DNA of 58,575 nt, the filler included, from Sphacelaria rigidula (lineage: Eukaryota), in the NCBI GenBank assembly GCA_964200075.2. It is 9 parts of 9 records of this genome, joined end to end, with 100 filler letters (N's around TTAATTAATTAA, not from the genome) between each part and the next. Parts side by side here need not be neighbours in the genome. Positions count along the whole stretch, not along the records: positions 6,521 to 12,940 come from CAXNAA020020182.1; positions 13,041 to 19,460 come from CAXNAA020020183.1; positions 19,561 to 25,980 come from CAXNAA020020184.1; positions 26,081 to 32,500 come from CAXNAA020020185.1; 5 more parts are not named here. The stretch is one strand, 5' to 3'. Position 1 is the first letter of the stretch. Each line of letters opens with the position of its first letter. A model generated the notes under the pieces. It had not been told where the DNA came from, ran no database searches, and saw only the letters and a program-made list of their open reading frames with translations. This document shows, in pieces, positions 12,678-26,410 of the stretch. Position numbers and translations under genes: made by a program.

Positions 12678-12853
12678 GCCTGGTCCGGCGAGAACCCGGC
12701 GTGCTCCGTCCCGGCTTTGTAGGGCAAACCTCCGATGGGGTTGGCGTCGGTTGGCGATGATGCTATAAAAACATGCCACTCACTGCGTGAGCAAGGCAAC
12801 CATATTACCGTTTTTTTGCGGTAACCATGATGGTAGCCGAGCTAGATGAGGTC
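12678..12853 (+). mobile_element. SINE-like family, partial copy (a further fragment lies at 13041-13085, minus strand)
   Basis: GGGTTGGCGTCGGTTGGCGA..CACTCACTGCGT.AGC core shared with the copies at 26411, 40201 and 57565. Confidence 0.85.
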
Positions 12854-13089
12854 ACTTTACCACTCGGTACAGTACCGGCCCGCTAGAAAGAAACTGAAAA
12901 ACCGGCCTGGGGCTGGGTTTCTTATTTTCCTGGGAGCATGNNNNNNNNNNNNNNNNNNNNNNNNNNNNNNNNNNNNNNNNNNNNTTAATTAATTAANNNN
13001 NNNNNNNNNNNNNNNNNNNNNNNNNNNNNNNNNNNNNNNNCAAAGCCGGGACGGAGCACGCCGGGTTCTCGCCGGACCAGGCTTTTTCG

Positions 13090-14551
13090 GGGGGGGGGGA
13101 AGTTCGTTTTTTTCATTTTTTTTCGTGTTTTTAGGTGAGTTTTGAGGAGAAATGAACATTGCTCTTGGGCCTCATCTCATTTTTTCAGCTCAAATTTTTG
13201 GAATTGTAATTTGAAACTTGGCGTGAAGAACGATAGAGGTTTGCTGAGTAAAAAAATAAAAGCCAACTTCATCCATTTTTCGTAGTTCATCATGACCTAG
13301 CGACGTCCCGCACCAAGTTTCAACCCACGAACACCAAACGTGGGCTGATAAACGGCCTGCAAAATACTGTTCCGATTTTCCGCCGGCCCGGTCTTTCGAA
13401 GGTGAATTCTCAGTTTGTTTTCTTGGAGTTGGACAGTGAAATTTGGTATGGACAATCAGCAGGGCATGAAGAAGAGCTGTTTGCGAGGTCCCGAAGCTTT
13501 TTTTTCATGAGTCAAGGGCATTTTACTAAAACCTGTGAAGTACGAATCCGCTTGTAGGCTGGCCTAGCCTGTATGCAGATTTGGTGCATGCAGTGGCTCT
13601 TGTCGTAATGTATTGATTCCAGTATATAACGTTATGTGCACCATATCTCGAGATAGATGACGAGTTAGGCGAGGGGGAGGGTATCGAACGTTTCCTCGTG
13701 CTCCAGGGAATACCCACACCACATATCGTCACCATCCGCTGTACGGGGTTTCACGTGGACTTCAGTATGGACGCGATCTCCGCACGGTATAGGAATCACC
13801 AGACATGGGGTTTGATCAACGAGAAAACGTTGGCCAAGAATTCTGAGCAGATGGGCGCCTTCCTCTTGATGAGACGATTAATACGATGTGCGGAGCACGG
13901 CCCAACCCGTCTGTGTCGATGAGATATTGCTTTGAGAGCTTAAATCCGTTTTTAGGCTGGCCCAGCTCGTATTTGTCACGAAAATGTTCTGCACTCAACG
14001 AAACGAATCACGCTCCTCAAGAATGAGCTGGAAGACAGAGTCGAGGGCCAAAAACAATATCCATTGCTCACATAAACGTCCCAACCCCATAAAGAGCAAC
14101 CCGAGGTTCTGAACGCTCTGTTTTGGTTTTTCCCTTGCAATACTCCATGCCACAGTTCAGAGCGCAAATCTCAAAGCTGACACGCGAAGTCCAGATTTTG
14201 TGTAGTTACCCTCTGCTCGGAATATGTTGGTTTTGGTATGGAATCTTGCGTGTGCCATATCTACTGTAGATGGATGACGAATTAGGTGAAGATGAGAATA
14301 TGGATCATTTCCCCGTACTTCAGGAAATGCTCACACCGAAAGCCGTCACCATCCGCTGTACGTATCGTTCGGCGTTTCGTGTCGACATTGGTATGTAGAT
14401 GCAGTATCTACGATGGTTGTGTGATATACTGGACATGGTGTTTCATCAACGAGAAAGACGTGGCCCGGGCTTTCTGGCAGATGGGCATCTTCTCCTTGGT
14501 TAGATATGGCTGTGGGAGCCTGAATCCGCTTTGAGGCTGCCCCAGCCCGTA
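13090..14551. mobile_element. Cluster of three fragments of the Tc1/mariner-type non-autonomous element
   Basis: TIR-like ends TAGGCTGGCC(T/C)AGC..GTA at ~13555-13573, ~13953-13971 and ~14533-14551; interiors match 40724-41924. Confidence 0.75.
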
Positions 14552-15328
14552 CCGTATTTCTCTGAGACCGTGGGTATGTGTTTTCTTGGAGATGCCTCGA
14601 AGCGTGTTGTGGGCTATTTGACAAATCGTTTATCTGGGCACAAGGCACGGTGGGCGTACGAAAAATGTCGTCTGTGATGAGATAAGGGTGGCGGTAAATA
14701 CCGACCGCGGTCATTTTCTGCGTTCCAGTAGATATGACTTGACTGATGGGCAGAAAGTAGGCTTCTAGGTGAATACCAGTACGTTATATCTCGAAGATTT
14801 ATGCTCTTCCATGATTTATGTGATGACAAATGTACGTTTTCATGTAGTGTACTAATGAAGCCATGTCATCAGGGTTTGGAGTTCAACTCCGGTGACAGCC
14901 TTGGGATGCTACAGTCCTCATCAAAGTAGACATGCTAGTGAGTGATGTGTTACGACTTGGTGAGTGTGCAATAACTTCATATTTTATTCCACATTTGATG
15001 AGACTTGAGCTAATAAACGAGCAAGCCATTGTTTCAAATCAAGCGCATGCATGGATGAAGAAGGCCACGCCTGTCGATTCCCAGGGACGACGACTGGGCA
15101 GCCAGCCTGCTTGGTTGACGATCTGGATGCATTACATTACACGGCAAGGTCGCCGAAATCCGCTCGGAAAGTACAGCAAGACTTTCCGAGGTATGATAGT
15201 TTTCAGCCGAAAGAGGAGATTTTGTCATTCTTCATATTCGGTGATTTTCAGTACTTTTTTCGCGTGTCATCGCTCTTTCCAGTGAACGCCTGATATCCGA
15301 AGTTTGGGAGTCGGGAGATACAAGACAT

Positions 15329-15677
15329 CACAGGCACTGTCGGTGAGGTAGGTACCCGGCACCGGTGTTTGTGACATCTCATACCCTACCGATACCGGTC
15401 CAATCGGGTATTCTCGGAACTCATACCTACGATACCGACAATACCACGGTATTTCGAGACTTCAATACCTACCGTACCCGCTCAATCAGGTATTTTCAAA
15501 ATCATACCTACGATACCTACGATACCACGGTATTCCGAGATTTCAGTACCTACCGTAGCCCCTCAATCAGGTATTTTCAAAATTCATACCAACGATACCC
15601 ACGCATGCCACGGTATGGCATACCCCGGTAAATACCGGGGGTATGCTTGGTATGCTACTTCGCCTACGGTTCCTGTG
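15329..15677. mobile_element. MITE with 8-bp TSD (P-element- or hAT-type); inverted partial copy at ~28790-28934
   Basis: TIRs CACAGGCACTGTCGGTGAGGTAG / CTACTTCGCCTACGGTTCCTGTG; flanks CAAGACAT (15321-15328) and CAAGGCAT (15678-15685); internal ~80-bp tandem duplication. Confidence 0.85.
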
Positions 15678-16026
15678 CAAGGCATCCACTCCACATTCCG
15701 GAACGAAAATAAGCCCTACAGAGAAATGCCACCGTAGGGGTGTACCTTTCAGTCCAAAACGTTTTCGGGGCTGCACACCGAGGCCTAGATATTTGTCATC
15801 GAGAGGTTCCTGTAGCAAAGAGCCTCAGAAACAAGAGTGCATCCCTACCGTGGCAATACTCTACGTTCACGTTCAGCATCGAACAACTGTCGGACTGAAT
15901 TGACGGAGGTGTTATTGATCGTTTGTGTTTCAAAACACATTTCTTTTCGGTTCTAATGCAATGAGAGGGTAAAAATAAAAGATAGTGGTTTGTAACATTG
16001 TTCATGACAGCAGTCGGAATTGGTTT

Positions 16027-16059
<33 letters not shown>

Positions 16060-19000
16060 TGGCCCGCGCCACCCCCCCCTTCCCTCCCTTCTCTCTCTTA
16101 TCTTNNNNNNNNNNACAAAAAAAAAACGAAAAAAAAAAAAAAAGTTGTTTTCAACCTTTTTCATGCAAGAATTGAGAATTTGTTTCCCCCCCCCCCCCCC
16201 CCCCTGTGCTATGTAGAGCTCGATTGGTCGATAACTTTCGTGTTCGGGTATTTTTCTGAATAAGCCCGTTGGGTATTCTTCCTTAGCATTCGAAAGTCCT
16301 TTCGTCGATAATTATTGCAAAGTGAAGCAGGTGATTTTCAGGACGAAATCTTCGATCGGTCTTGTCGGGGCGATACGGAGCGAGCACCTCGTTTATCAGA
16401 GGGTGTGATCGACTGCCACCAGTCCAAAAAACACAGCTTTTCGGCTCTAGCGCAATGAGTACGTGGAAATTGAAGAAAAAAACATTTTCATTTGTTCACG
16501 ATAACGATCGGGATTGCTTCAATTGAACAAACGTACCCATGGCTCCGAACCTTGGGCTGGCAGGTCGCAAGACCCGCGAAAACCGGTGAGTGCGTAAGTC
16601 TTTCAACATTGAGTGCAGGGATTTTCTTCGGAGCGGATGCCTATTATCTTTCAACCCACAAACTTCGGGATCGAAAGTTCACTGGGGTGAGCGGTAGCGC
16701 CCGAAAACACTATCGCAAATCGCCGATTACGGAAAGATTACAAAACTCCTTACTTGCAGCTGAAAACTACTGTAGCAGACTCCGCAAAGCCCCGTGCGAC
16801 TATTGATACTGTTCTCCAACATAAATCTGCGCTGAATGGCCATATATATATATATATATTGCTTTTTTCTCGGAGGGATGTTCTCCGTACTCACAATGAA
16901 AATTCACTCGAATTGTCGCGGCAAGATTTTGTGGCCCAATTTGGCCGCACATCACCTACATGCCGACACACTTTGCTCTTCTATCACGAGTGTTTAGTCA
17001 GTGCCAAAACACCATGTGCGTCCCACCAGCACCCACCACCCAAAGAAATGACGAAAAATACGTTACGGAAGAAAACACTACAGCCAACCAAAACATTCGG
17101 ACAGCGTTCGCTCCATCTTCGAAGGAAACTTCACGGCATGCGTCATTATGGCGGGCAACAGTAGATACATTCCCCCTGTTGTCTATATACAGGGCATTCG
17201 TTCGAGCTACGGGTCGTTGCTGAAGGTTTCGTATATCGAGACATATACCCCCATATGTTCGGTACCATGTCGCAGATGCTCCGAGGTATTTTGGGATTTC
17301 TTCGCTCTTCCTGCCTCAGAGATGGACTGGTGATTTACATAGTATAGTTCAACGTGACGAATACATTTTAACGGTAAGACGAATCATGGCTGGTTCGAGT
17401 CACCGATTTAGTAATTTCTGAGGCCTTACTGCTTGAAGACGAGAAAAACGTTGACTGCTTATAAAAAAATCTCTTGTCGCATGCATTTCTCTATTCCACA
17501 TGCATGGGTGTGCCCATGCCTGCGATTAAACGCTAAAAGCAGAGCCCAAGGATCCGTTCGTACGGTACCAGTCGCTACACTAGAAGTAAGTAGTTCTTAT
17601 CAGGGATTCTCCGCCAGCCACATATGTTCTTTTCCAAAGTATGGAATATCAAAAACACACGGGGCTCTTCGACGACCTGTTGCTCCCGTGTAAGGGTTCA
17701 GACAGGACCTGGGCTGCTAGCACAGGGCCGTGAACGCGGGTAAACAAGTGTTACTAAGCCCCCTTTCGCCTCCCGAGACCTCTCTGAAGGCAGGGAGCGT
17801 GCATTGGCACTCGTGACACAAGTTGGGAGTCCCCGTAGGCAACAGCACGCGTCCTTGAAAATGTCGGCGCACGGAGCGAGCACCGTGAGCGCGAGGAGTA
17901 CATGACGAAGCTACTCGGATGGGGCACACGCTGCCCCCGGTTTGACAGCGCTTTGTGGACTGTAGCCCCAGAGAGGTTGTAGACTGGCATTCCGACGGGA
18001 CAGAGGTACAGGATAAACGAAATATGTCATTATTGTTTCAACCCGATGCACCATTTTCGGACATTCTTGATATCTTGCCTCATGTGGTGGAAAAGATTAA
18101 ACTCCCGCTGGCTCAACGAGCCCTGCCAACTGCAGACTGTGGGTCACCCCCCCCCCCCCTCCCGAAGTTGGGAAGGAGCTCATCGTGGGCAAACCTCAAG
18201 GGGTGTATACCCCTGCTTTGAAAAGGGTGGTACCCCGCAGATAGCGTGCACAATGACGAAAGTAGGACTGCACAGTAACAACTCCGTGTTACACGAGGTT
18301 TCCGACACATCGCGATACATGGTGTGGGATGCCCGCGGGAGGTGTGCACTGGAATAGGCTGGACTGACGGTACAAGTGCAGTGCGGTAGGTCGTGAGAGT
18401 ATGTCGACGGTTACCTGTTGTACCCTTGGTCAATCTGTATTTCTGGTGTCTGAGGGATATCGGTACAGTAGGTGATGGACACCTGCAGCCTCGTTGCAGC
18501 ATGCGGTGCGTTTCCCGATCCACCTTGTGACCAGGAAGTCATAATCCAGCGGCCAAAAACCCACGACAGCCGACCTCAGGCAGAACGGGGATACAAGCGC
18601 TCCTAAATTCTCAGCTGCCCACGCATCGGCGGAAGCTGGGTAGCGAAGACGGTGTTGGTGGATAATAAACAAAAGTGGTGGGCGGGGGAAACAGGACGGT
18701 AACCTACCGCGACACGCCCCGAAAATGTGCGGGGGGGGGTTGTTCGCCACTTTGGGCCGAAGGCAAGGCTTCCCGTTTTGTGTTTCAACGTGCGCCGGGA
18801 GCATGCAGCCTTGCTGTTTGTCGTCGTACGGTGTGGTGTTCTCCCGCATAACGATTACACGCGAGGAAAGCGCCTCCCGACACATGGTCTGCTCGTGAGA
18901 ATGGAGGAAGTCCTGTTGCAACTGCCGGTGAATCAAGAAGGAGCATCACGGGGTCGTCGTGCTCCACGTGCGCATAGTTCAACCACATGTCTTCGAGCAA

Positions 19001-19261
19001 GGACGGACGTGGTACACGCGAGTGCGTGACTGAAGAAGCAAGCAGCGCACCCGGGGATAAGTCGCTATCGTATATTCTCGCTGTCAACTCAGAGTATCTC
19101 GTGCAGCTAAGCTATGTAGTACGGAGTGAGCGCTTGTAGTCCCGGGAGACGTTTTTTCGCTGGGCTAACAAGTTGTGAAGGATATGTTGGAGTATTTCAG
19201 TGGTTCTGCTCAGCGCGTTTCCTCCTTCGTGTTCCCCCCACTGTGCCGTTTTCTTACTCAG

Positions 19262-19440
19262 CTCGATGAAAAGGCTGCATCGGCACTCCGGAAGTACCCG
19301 GATAGCGAGGAATCTCTGGTGGCGGAGATCGAAGCGTACATGCTCTGCGACGGAATGGTCGGCGTGCCGGAGTTGATCCGGTTTCACGAAGGAGACGGGG
19401 ACCGGATCCGCGGGTTCGTGACTACCAAGGAGTTCTTCGG
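19262..19440 (+). CDS. Internal exon, probably protein-kinase-like fold (subdomains III-V)
   Basis: Pyrimidine tract with TCAG acceptor and GTAATG donor; LDEKAASALRKYPDSEESLVAEIEAYMLCDGMVGVPELIRFHEGDGDRIRGFVTTKEFFG resembles the E..Y...G..G(I/V)P segment of CK1-like kinases. Confidence 0.55.
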
Positions 19441-22400
19441 GTAATGCCGCCCTCCTATCGNNNNNNNNNNNNNNNNNNNNNNNNNNNNNNNNNNNNNNNN
19501 NNNNTTAATTAATTAANNNNNNNNNNNNNNNNNNNNNNNNNNNNNNNNNNNNNNNNNNNNCCTCTCGACTGCAATTGTTTACATTAGCCAGCCTCTGACC
19601 TCGTGTCAGCCCTGGCCTAACATGTTCTTCGAGAGTGAAACCAGTGTCACCTCGTGATCAGACCACGACACATATTCCCCTCAACCTGCAGGTCATATCG
19701 ACGGTACAAGCCAACCCACTGTGGCGGATACGCGCTCTCTGGTAACGTTATACACCGCACAGAGAACGCATAGCGTTTTCATGCACACGATCTGAAGTGC
19801 CGTGTCCTTTTTCACCCACGGGCGGTTCTCGGATAATAAAGCCGCTCACACGTTCCTTGTTTAGATACGCCCCTCAAGGGTCCGTAGCTTTTTCACCGCC
19901 CTCCCGACCACCTGCCCCCGCAAGCGCCCCTGCTCACAGTCCGTCAATTCTGTATCAACCGAATCGACCGTCATGTGTTCAAACACACGCCGATTCATGC
20001 TTGCAGGTAAAGAGTTCGCGGGCTATTTCAATCGCCGCCCGCTGTACATACGACTTTGCTTGCCCAAACACGGAACGTTGAGCCACCATGCGCACCGAAT
20101 TATATCGATGCGGCATGATGGACAAGAATACAAATGTTGTCTGTACACGAGCATGATTGAACACGGCGATGCGCGAGGCTCATGTTACTTTTGCACGGCA
20201 CCAGTGTACTCTACAGTTTGATTGCCGCCCCACCAACACGCACTACAGTACATACTTGGTCGTCCAGAAGGCCACTCACCTTTCCCGTTGAAGTGTTGTT
20301 CCGAATCGAAGGACTGACGACAGTACAGCACCGTTTCAATTACAAATGGTCCCAGCGGGGAATATCTTGCGGACGGTGAGGTGCCGTACTGTAGCATGCG
20401 TTGGCACTGCTACATTATCTGACCGAAGTCATCTATATTGCATTGTAGATAAGAACACGGCGCGGGCATAACGTTGTGTGGGATTTTGTTTCATGTGATG
20501 CGACCAAATTGGTATCGTACTGCAATGTCGACCACACCCGCTGGACCACGTGAAGATCATGTGTACTGTACTGTGCCACACAGCATTTCGTTGTCTGGTG
20601 TTTTTTACGCTGTTGTCTGCACTGCACTACGCATTTGTATTTCGGTTGTGCTTGTACATTTATTCACTGTCTACCTGTACGATGTACGTCACCAAGACTC
20701 CAACTCGGCTATTTTCAGAGAACTAGGCGGTGTTCTTATATGAGTGTCGCCAGCTGCGCTGATATTGCTCCTGGAAATACGATACGGCATCCGACAGTTG
20801 TGTTTTTTTCTCTCAACCTCAACATGTTCTCAAGACAGAACCGAGCGGTTGACGTTGCGGTTCGCTGCGTCCCACACGTATATCCCTTCATGGCATGCAC
20901 GTTTGTTAATGCGCTGTTGCGCTGGTGACAGACACTGTATGTCTGTTGCTTGTAACAACCTTCGTTTTCTTGCCTCTTGCTGTCACAATTTATTCCAACA
21001 CACACACGTACGGTGTGTTGTGTGCCTTCGACACATTTGTTTTTCTTTCTCTCTTGTCTGCACCTGATTGACAAGGTGGTAGACCTCGTGCATATGCGGA
21101 GTGCGCGGAACTACATGTCGATCGACTGTCGACAGTACCCTGCCACTCTATTCCTTTATTTTTGTTCACGCCGCCTCAGTCCTCAACAACGATGCTCAAT
21201 TCCACTTCGAAGCGTTCACTTTTCAACCTCTGCATCTCTACGTTACCGGTTTTGCGCAATGGCGCACGTGTACAAGCCATGTCTGATATCAACCGCCCTT
21301 CGACTTCATCCTAGCACGATGTCCCGAAGGACGGTGCGCTACATACAGACAATGGTAAAAACAACCGTACAGCCAACCCAAATCATGCGTAGTGAGACGG
21401 TTGGCAAAAACAAACCGGAACGTTTTGATGTTGATGATGGCGTCGTTGCAGGACGTCTTTTCAGGGACGTGAGTGTGGATGAAGACAATCCTCCTCCACA
21501 TGCTGACCCTGAACCCGTTGGTGCCCACTCCCCTGTACACCAACTAGCCACTCAAACCGCTGACGGTGTTCTCACTCTTCATTCTCAGATGGCATCTCTC
21601 CAAGTGAGCCCTGATGCTACGAAAACCTTTCCTACCCATTACAACCCTGTAATAGCCCCACTCTGGTTGTTGATTACCAGCCCAAGCCAGAACAATCCCC
21701 GCCCACGCGTGACGAACCATATTTCCAGCTCAAGCAAACTTCCCCAGCCCTCATTCCCCCGCGTTGGTACAACTTTTCGGTAAATGAACGACAAACGTGC
21801 TGGGACCAGATTGATAACAGCAATCTAGCACAGCTTGAACATGCCGCGAGATAATTGGAATTTGTCCGCCTCCAGGCGGGTCAACATGAGGGTTTTTCAG
21901 GGGTACAAGAGCCCGCGCAGGTCCCCCGTGAAATGGATGTCCATCCCGAGAACAAGCCAACAGAACAAAATGAACTAGAACGCGCGATATGCAAATCCAC
22001 GAAGGCTCTGGAAATTGCGGAGCAAGAATATAAGCTGTTGACAAAAAGACACTTGGAAGCTTCGCGTCATTTTGGACTATGTTGGCAAGTCTGGCGATCA
22101 CAACTGCGTCGTACGGTCGCCTGCTCCGCCCCCAAGGCGACAACTGATTCACCGCCTGACCCACCCGACCTGGCACACTTTCAACCACATGCACCGGCCC
22201 ACTCACAAAACGGTGGACGTTTACACATGACTGGACCTAGTGCCGCGGCTGAACCCCGCCAGGGCGGTACCCACACAGCACTGATGCTCACCTCACAACT
22301 TGACAACCTTTGGGAACGTTCTACAAGTTGCGGAGATTCCAAGTAGCATACAGTGGGGTAACCCAGGACGCGTTGCTTGGCCCAAAAGCTGAGCCCCGTC

Positions 22401-24049
22401 ACCTGCCTATTTATTTTCTACTTCTGTGAGTCATTTCTCATTCAGTTGGTACAATCCCTCAATTAGAAATATATAATGACCGGTAATCCACTGCAGAAGT
22501 ACCCTACACTTATATGTCAATAATTGTTTTTCGCTCGGCCAGGTCACGCACAGCGCACGCACGAATCAACGGTGGCCACCGCGGGTTCAACCATGTGGTG
22601 TGGGTTCCCTGGATATGCTAACACTGCCTTGGAGGGTTCTAAGACAGTCGAAGCCCGTGCGCCATTGCATGGCTATCAATTGAGCAATGATCAAACCCGA
22701 CGTTTTAACCCAGGATTTGATCACCCAGTTTTACATTCATCAGGTACTAATCATATTCAATCGAATCCCCTCCCTTCACAGGAGAGGAAGTCATGTAGTG
22801 CAGTTTCTCACGCATCAGGAGCCGAAATATCTTCTGGTACGATAGACACTGCTGCTCCGACCGTTCATCGGAGAACACAAAATTTGAAGCCACACACTCA
22901 AGCACCCCCCAACTGCTCAAGTGCCCGGCTAACCACCCTACCGAGTTCCGCAAAAGCTACGGTACCCGGTTCCCTTTTATTTGATGACCATAATTATTCC
23001 TTGAAGGGTCGCAACCGCAAAGAACCCATGCTATCCGTCGCTCAGCGGGTTGGAATGGAACCCCAGGTGACAGCGACTCAGGTGGTGCGCCAAGAGCGTG
23101 ACCTAGGTTCGACTGTCCGAGAACTCATTCCAATAGCTCCTGGCGACGCCGATCCTTTCGTGTGCTACACGCGTCACGCTCGGCGGGCTTCTCCAGATGA
23201 CGATGTACATAACCCTGATGTAGCAAGCGCACGTGAACTCCAAGGAAGAGATTGCGTATGGGCTCAGACAGATCGTTACTGCTCCCTGAGCACCTCGCGT
23301 GCCCTACGTTAGAACCCATTTCCGATGAAGCGTTGCCGTCTGTAGGGACAGAGACTTCGCCGACTCATGGACGTTCGCATCCTAGTCATGAAGGCACCTC
23401 GATCGTGTGTTCGTCACCAGGCAAACAAAGTGTTACGCAACACGACTCGTCTCCTAACTCGCCCACGTTGGCCCCCTTTAATAGACGCCGGGTTGACCAG
23501 TACAGCTTTACCAACCCCGCGTCTTGACGAATCGTCTCCGAAACCTCCCATGTTGGCCCTAACTAGTGATGGTATTGAGTTGATTGGCGTATCAAACTCA
23601 ACACCGGCCCCCAATGAATCGTCCCCTGTTCCGACCAAGCTGGATAGTGTGATTGATCCCGCTTTGCACAATGATGATTCGCCCCCTCTGTTGGTTAATA
23701 AGGGTGAAATACCACGCACAGATCAGTTGTCGGATCTAACCACGACAACTGCCCTTCCGCGGCATCACCCCTCCGTTGCAGTATATGAGATTCAACCCTC
23801 GACTGATGAGACGAATATCCCAGGCACAAACACTGACACCCCATGCACGCACCATCCTCCCGACCAAAAGCTTGTCCCACAGGATCATAAACGGGTGTAT
23901 TTTAGCACCTTTGTTCAAAACGCGAAGCAGGATGTGTCAGATGTCATACCCGAATTCGGGCCCGATCTCGTCAGTGGAATTGCAACGGTGCATGATTCTT
24001 CTTTAACGACCAAGATAGGTTTACATGGTGGAGCGCGTGCAAGCTGTCA

Positions 24050-24350
24050 TTTGATAGCTCTTGCACTACCAGACTCTGGTTCACCTCAAACGTTCATCAC
24101 CGCCAGCTGCTGGCAACAGATGATCAACGCGGGCGCGGTGGACAAGCATTGTCTGTCCACCGTGCACCCTCGTATTTTTGGTGACTTTGGTTCCTCCACA
24201 TCTCTTACGGTCAATCAATCGGTGAGACTACGCGTATAATTTTACCAGGATACTACTCCCACTGCTCGGTTGTCTGTAAGGGCACTAAAAGTGCCCGACG
24301 GTTCCATGTCTTTTGATGTTTTGCTGGGTCGAGATAGTTGGCTTCGTTTT
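24050..24350 (+). pseudogene. Retroviral-type aspartic protease with in-frame stop
   Basis: ALALPDSGSPQTFI (DSG motif) and downstream FDVLLGRDSW; TAA at 24237-24239 interrupts. Confidence 0.85.
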
Positions 24351-24543
24351 TTCACACATACGTATACGACGGACACACCTGTCCCGAACCGTCCAGTAAC
24401 AGGCAAAGTGTCTCTGTCACTTTGACACTGATTCGGGAGCTCATGCTTATGAGGATGATCCCACGAAAACAGGCAATGCTTTCCGTCTGTACTATGTTGG
24501 TGAACCGGTAATCTCGCTTTTTTGTGAACCCCAACTAATACAA

Positions 24544-25980
24544 GTGAAATTCGTGAGACGCAGTGGATCGCCCGCCCTCACAGGACATTATTTGGTTGAG
24601 TTGCTCAAACCTGACCAAGCACAGGTTGGTCCGTTCGAACAGACCGAAGTCTTTGTCCACGAAGGTAGGCAGGTCATTTACCTCACGTCCCCTGCATGTT
24701 TCGATATACTCAACGGTCAGTTATTGGGTTATGCTCAAGCGCCTCTCATACGAACCGCTCTGTCAGATGCGTGCCCCTCGGCGAACAACAACTCGCCGAC
24801 CGACCCCCCGAAATCCACGGGCCCCCCTCCGCTACACGCGTCTGATCCCATGGTGGTGACAAATCCACCGGATGCGCCTGACCCTCAACCCCCAACTGCA
24901 TTACTGGATAGATTTTTTCCAGAACGACGCGCCAGTTTTCAAAAGTTGTGGGATGGCATTCCCCCTCACTTACGGCATATTGCTTTTTATCTATCTAGCG
25001 ATGGTTGGACACCCACTGTAATCGATAGATTGAGATCCATCTTGATTCGATACTCTGAACGATTTTCTACTGCACCCTTAGATTTAGGTCGATGTACCGC
25101 GACACCGTTTAAGATCAAGATTCCTCCTGATGGCACTCCGCCTATCGCTACGCGTACGTACCGTACGAACCCCTTTTTAGCGGATAAGATCCCAGTAATT
25201 CTCGATGGTTACTTATCTGCCGGTTTGATTCGGCACTCGACGTCTCCGTGGGCCTCGCCTTTAGTAGTCGTCCGCAAGAATGGCAAGATCAGACTGACGG
25301 TCAAATATCAACGATTGAACGCTGTCACCAAAATCGCCCGGCTGCCACTTCCACGGATTGATGAAATTATTGGCTCTCTTGGCGGGGGTAAAGTATTTTC
25401 GGACTTTGACATGCAGCCCGGCTACCACCAGCTCGTGATGGATCCAAATTCCATTGAGCTGACGGCGTTTTGCACGCCATCAGGATTGTACGAGTGGTTG
25501 GTTACACCACAAGGTGCCGCCGGAGCTCCAGGTGCGTTTCAACGTGTAATGTTCCGTGTAACTGATGGGTTGCCCAAATGTCATATGTACCTCCATGATG
25601 CGGTGTGCCACGACTCCACACCGGCCGAACACGTCAAACAGTTGGCATCATTCTTTAATCGGTTTGAACAACACAACTTGAAACTCGCACCCTCCAAATC
25701 CCGCATTGGCGCCACGAAGATTGAGTTCCTGGGTCATTGCATCACCCCCGAAGGTCGTAGCCCAAACCTCGACAAGGTCGCCGCACTCTCCGATATGCCT
25801 ATGCCACGGGACATTTCTCAACTGCGTTCCTTGTTGGGAAGTCTAAGCTACTACAGACAAAAATTGCCAAACCTTGCCCAAAAGCTAAAACCCCCCACCA
25901 CCCTCCTCAGAAAAGGGGTGAAATTTGTGTTCACATTGGAAAAGGAAAAAATCGTCCGCCGCCTCCTCGACACCCTTTCG
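24544..25980 (+). pseudogene. Gypsy pol reverse transcriptase domain
   Basis: STSPWASPLVVVRK, LPRIDE, GYHQ, TAFCTPSGLYEW, PQG..GAPGAFQR, IEFLGH, LRSLLG; catalytic YxDD reads YLHD. Confidence 0.95.
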
Positions 25981-26080
25981 NNNNNNNNNNNNNNNNNNNN
26001 NNNNNNNNNNNNNNNNNNNNNNNNTTAATTAATTAANNNNNNNNNNNNNNNNNNNNNNNNNNNNNNNNNNNNNNNNNNNN

Positions 26081-26346
26081 TTATGGACAATCTTTTGGTC
26101 ATAAAAAAAAGCGGCCTGTGAGGTCCCCGCGTTTTTTTTTTTTTGGTGAATTAAGGGCAAAAATCAATTTTGAGATTTTAGTACAATGCCCTTAACTCAC
26201 GAAAAAAAAATCTTTGGGACCTCACATACAGCTTCTCTAAATACCCTCGTAATTATCCATACCAAATTTCACTTTCCAACTCCAAGAAAGAAATTGCGAA
26301 TTCGCTTGCAAAGTACAAATCTGCTTGTAGGCTGGCCCAGCCTGTA
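26081..26346. mobile_element. Terminal fragment of the Tc1/mariner-type element
   Basis: Ends GTAGGCTGGCCCAGCCTGTA; CCCTTAACTCACGAAAAA and TCCATACCAAATTTCA shared with 40910-40990. Confidence 0.75.
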
Positions 26347-26410
26347 CTTCTCGTGGAGAACTTCGCAATGCCGCACTTGGAAGTCTTCTGTAAAATATTC
26401 AAGCCCCCCC

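Larger units (their letters stand above)
21323..25980 (+). mobile_element. Ty3/Gypsy LTR retrotransposon, inactivated; 3' part cut by contig end; 5' boundary approximate
   Basis: Broken gag-like ORFs, then aspartic protease, then RT with no integrase between PR and RT. Confidence 0.9.

Noticed and set aside
15796..16263. Poly-Pro/Gly/Lys ORFs
   Set aside because: Homopolymer runs and low-quality sequence around a small N gap
19561..21300. 5' LTR and PBS of the Gypsy element
   Set aside because: No second LTR for comparison and no unambiguous tRNA-complementary PBS
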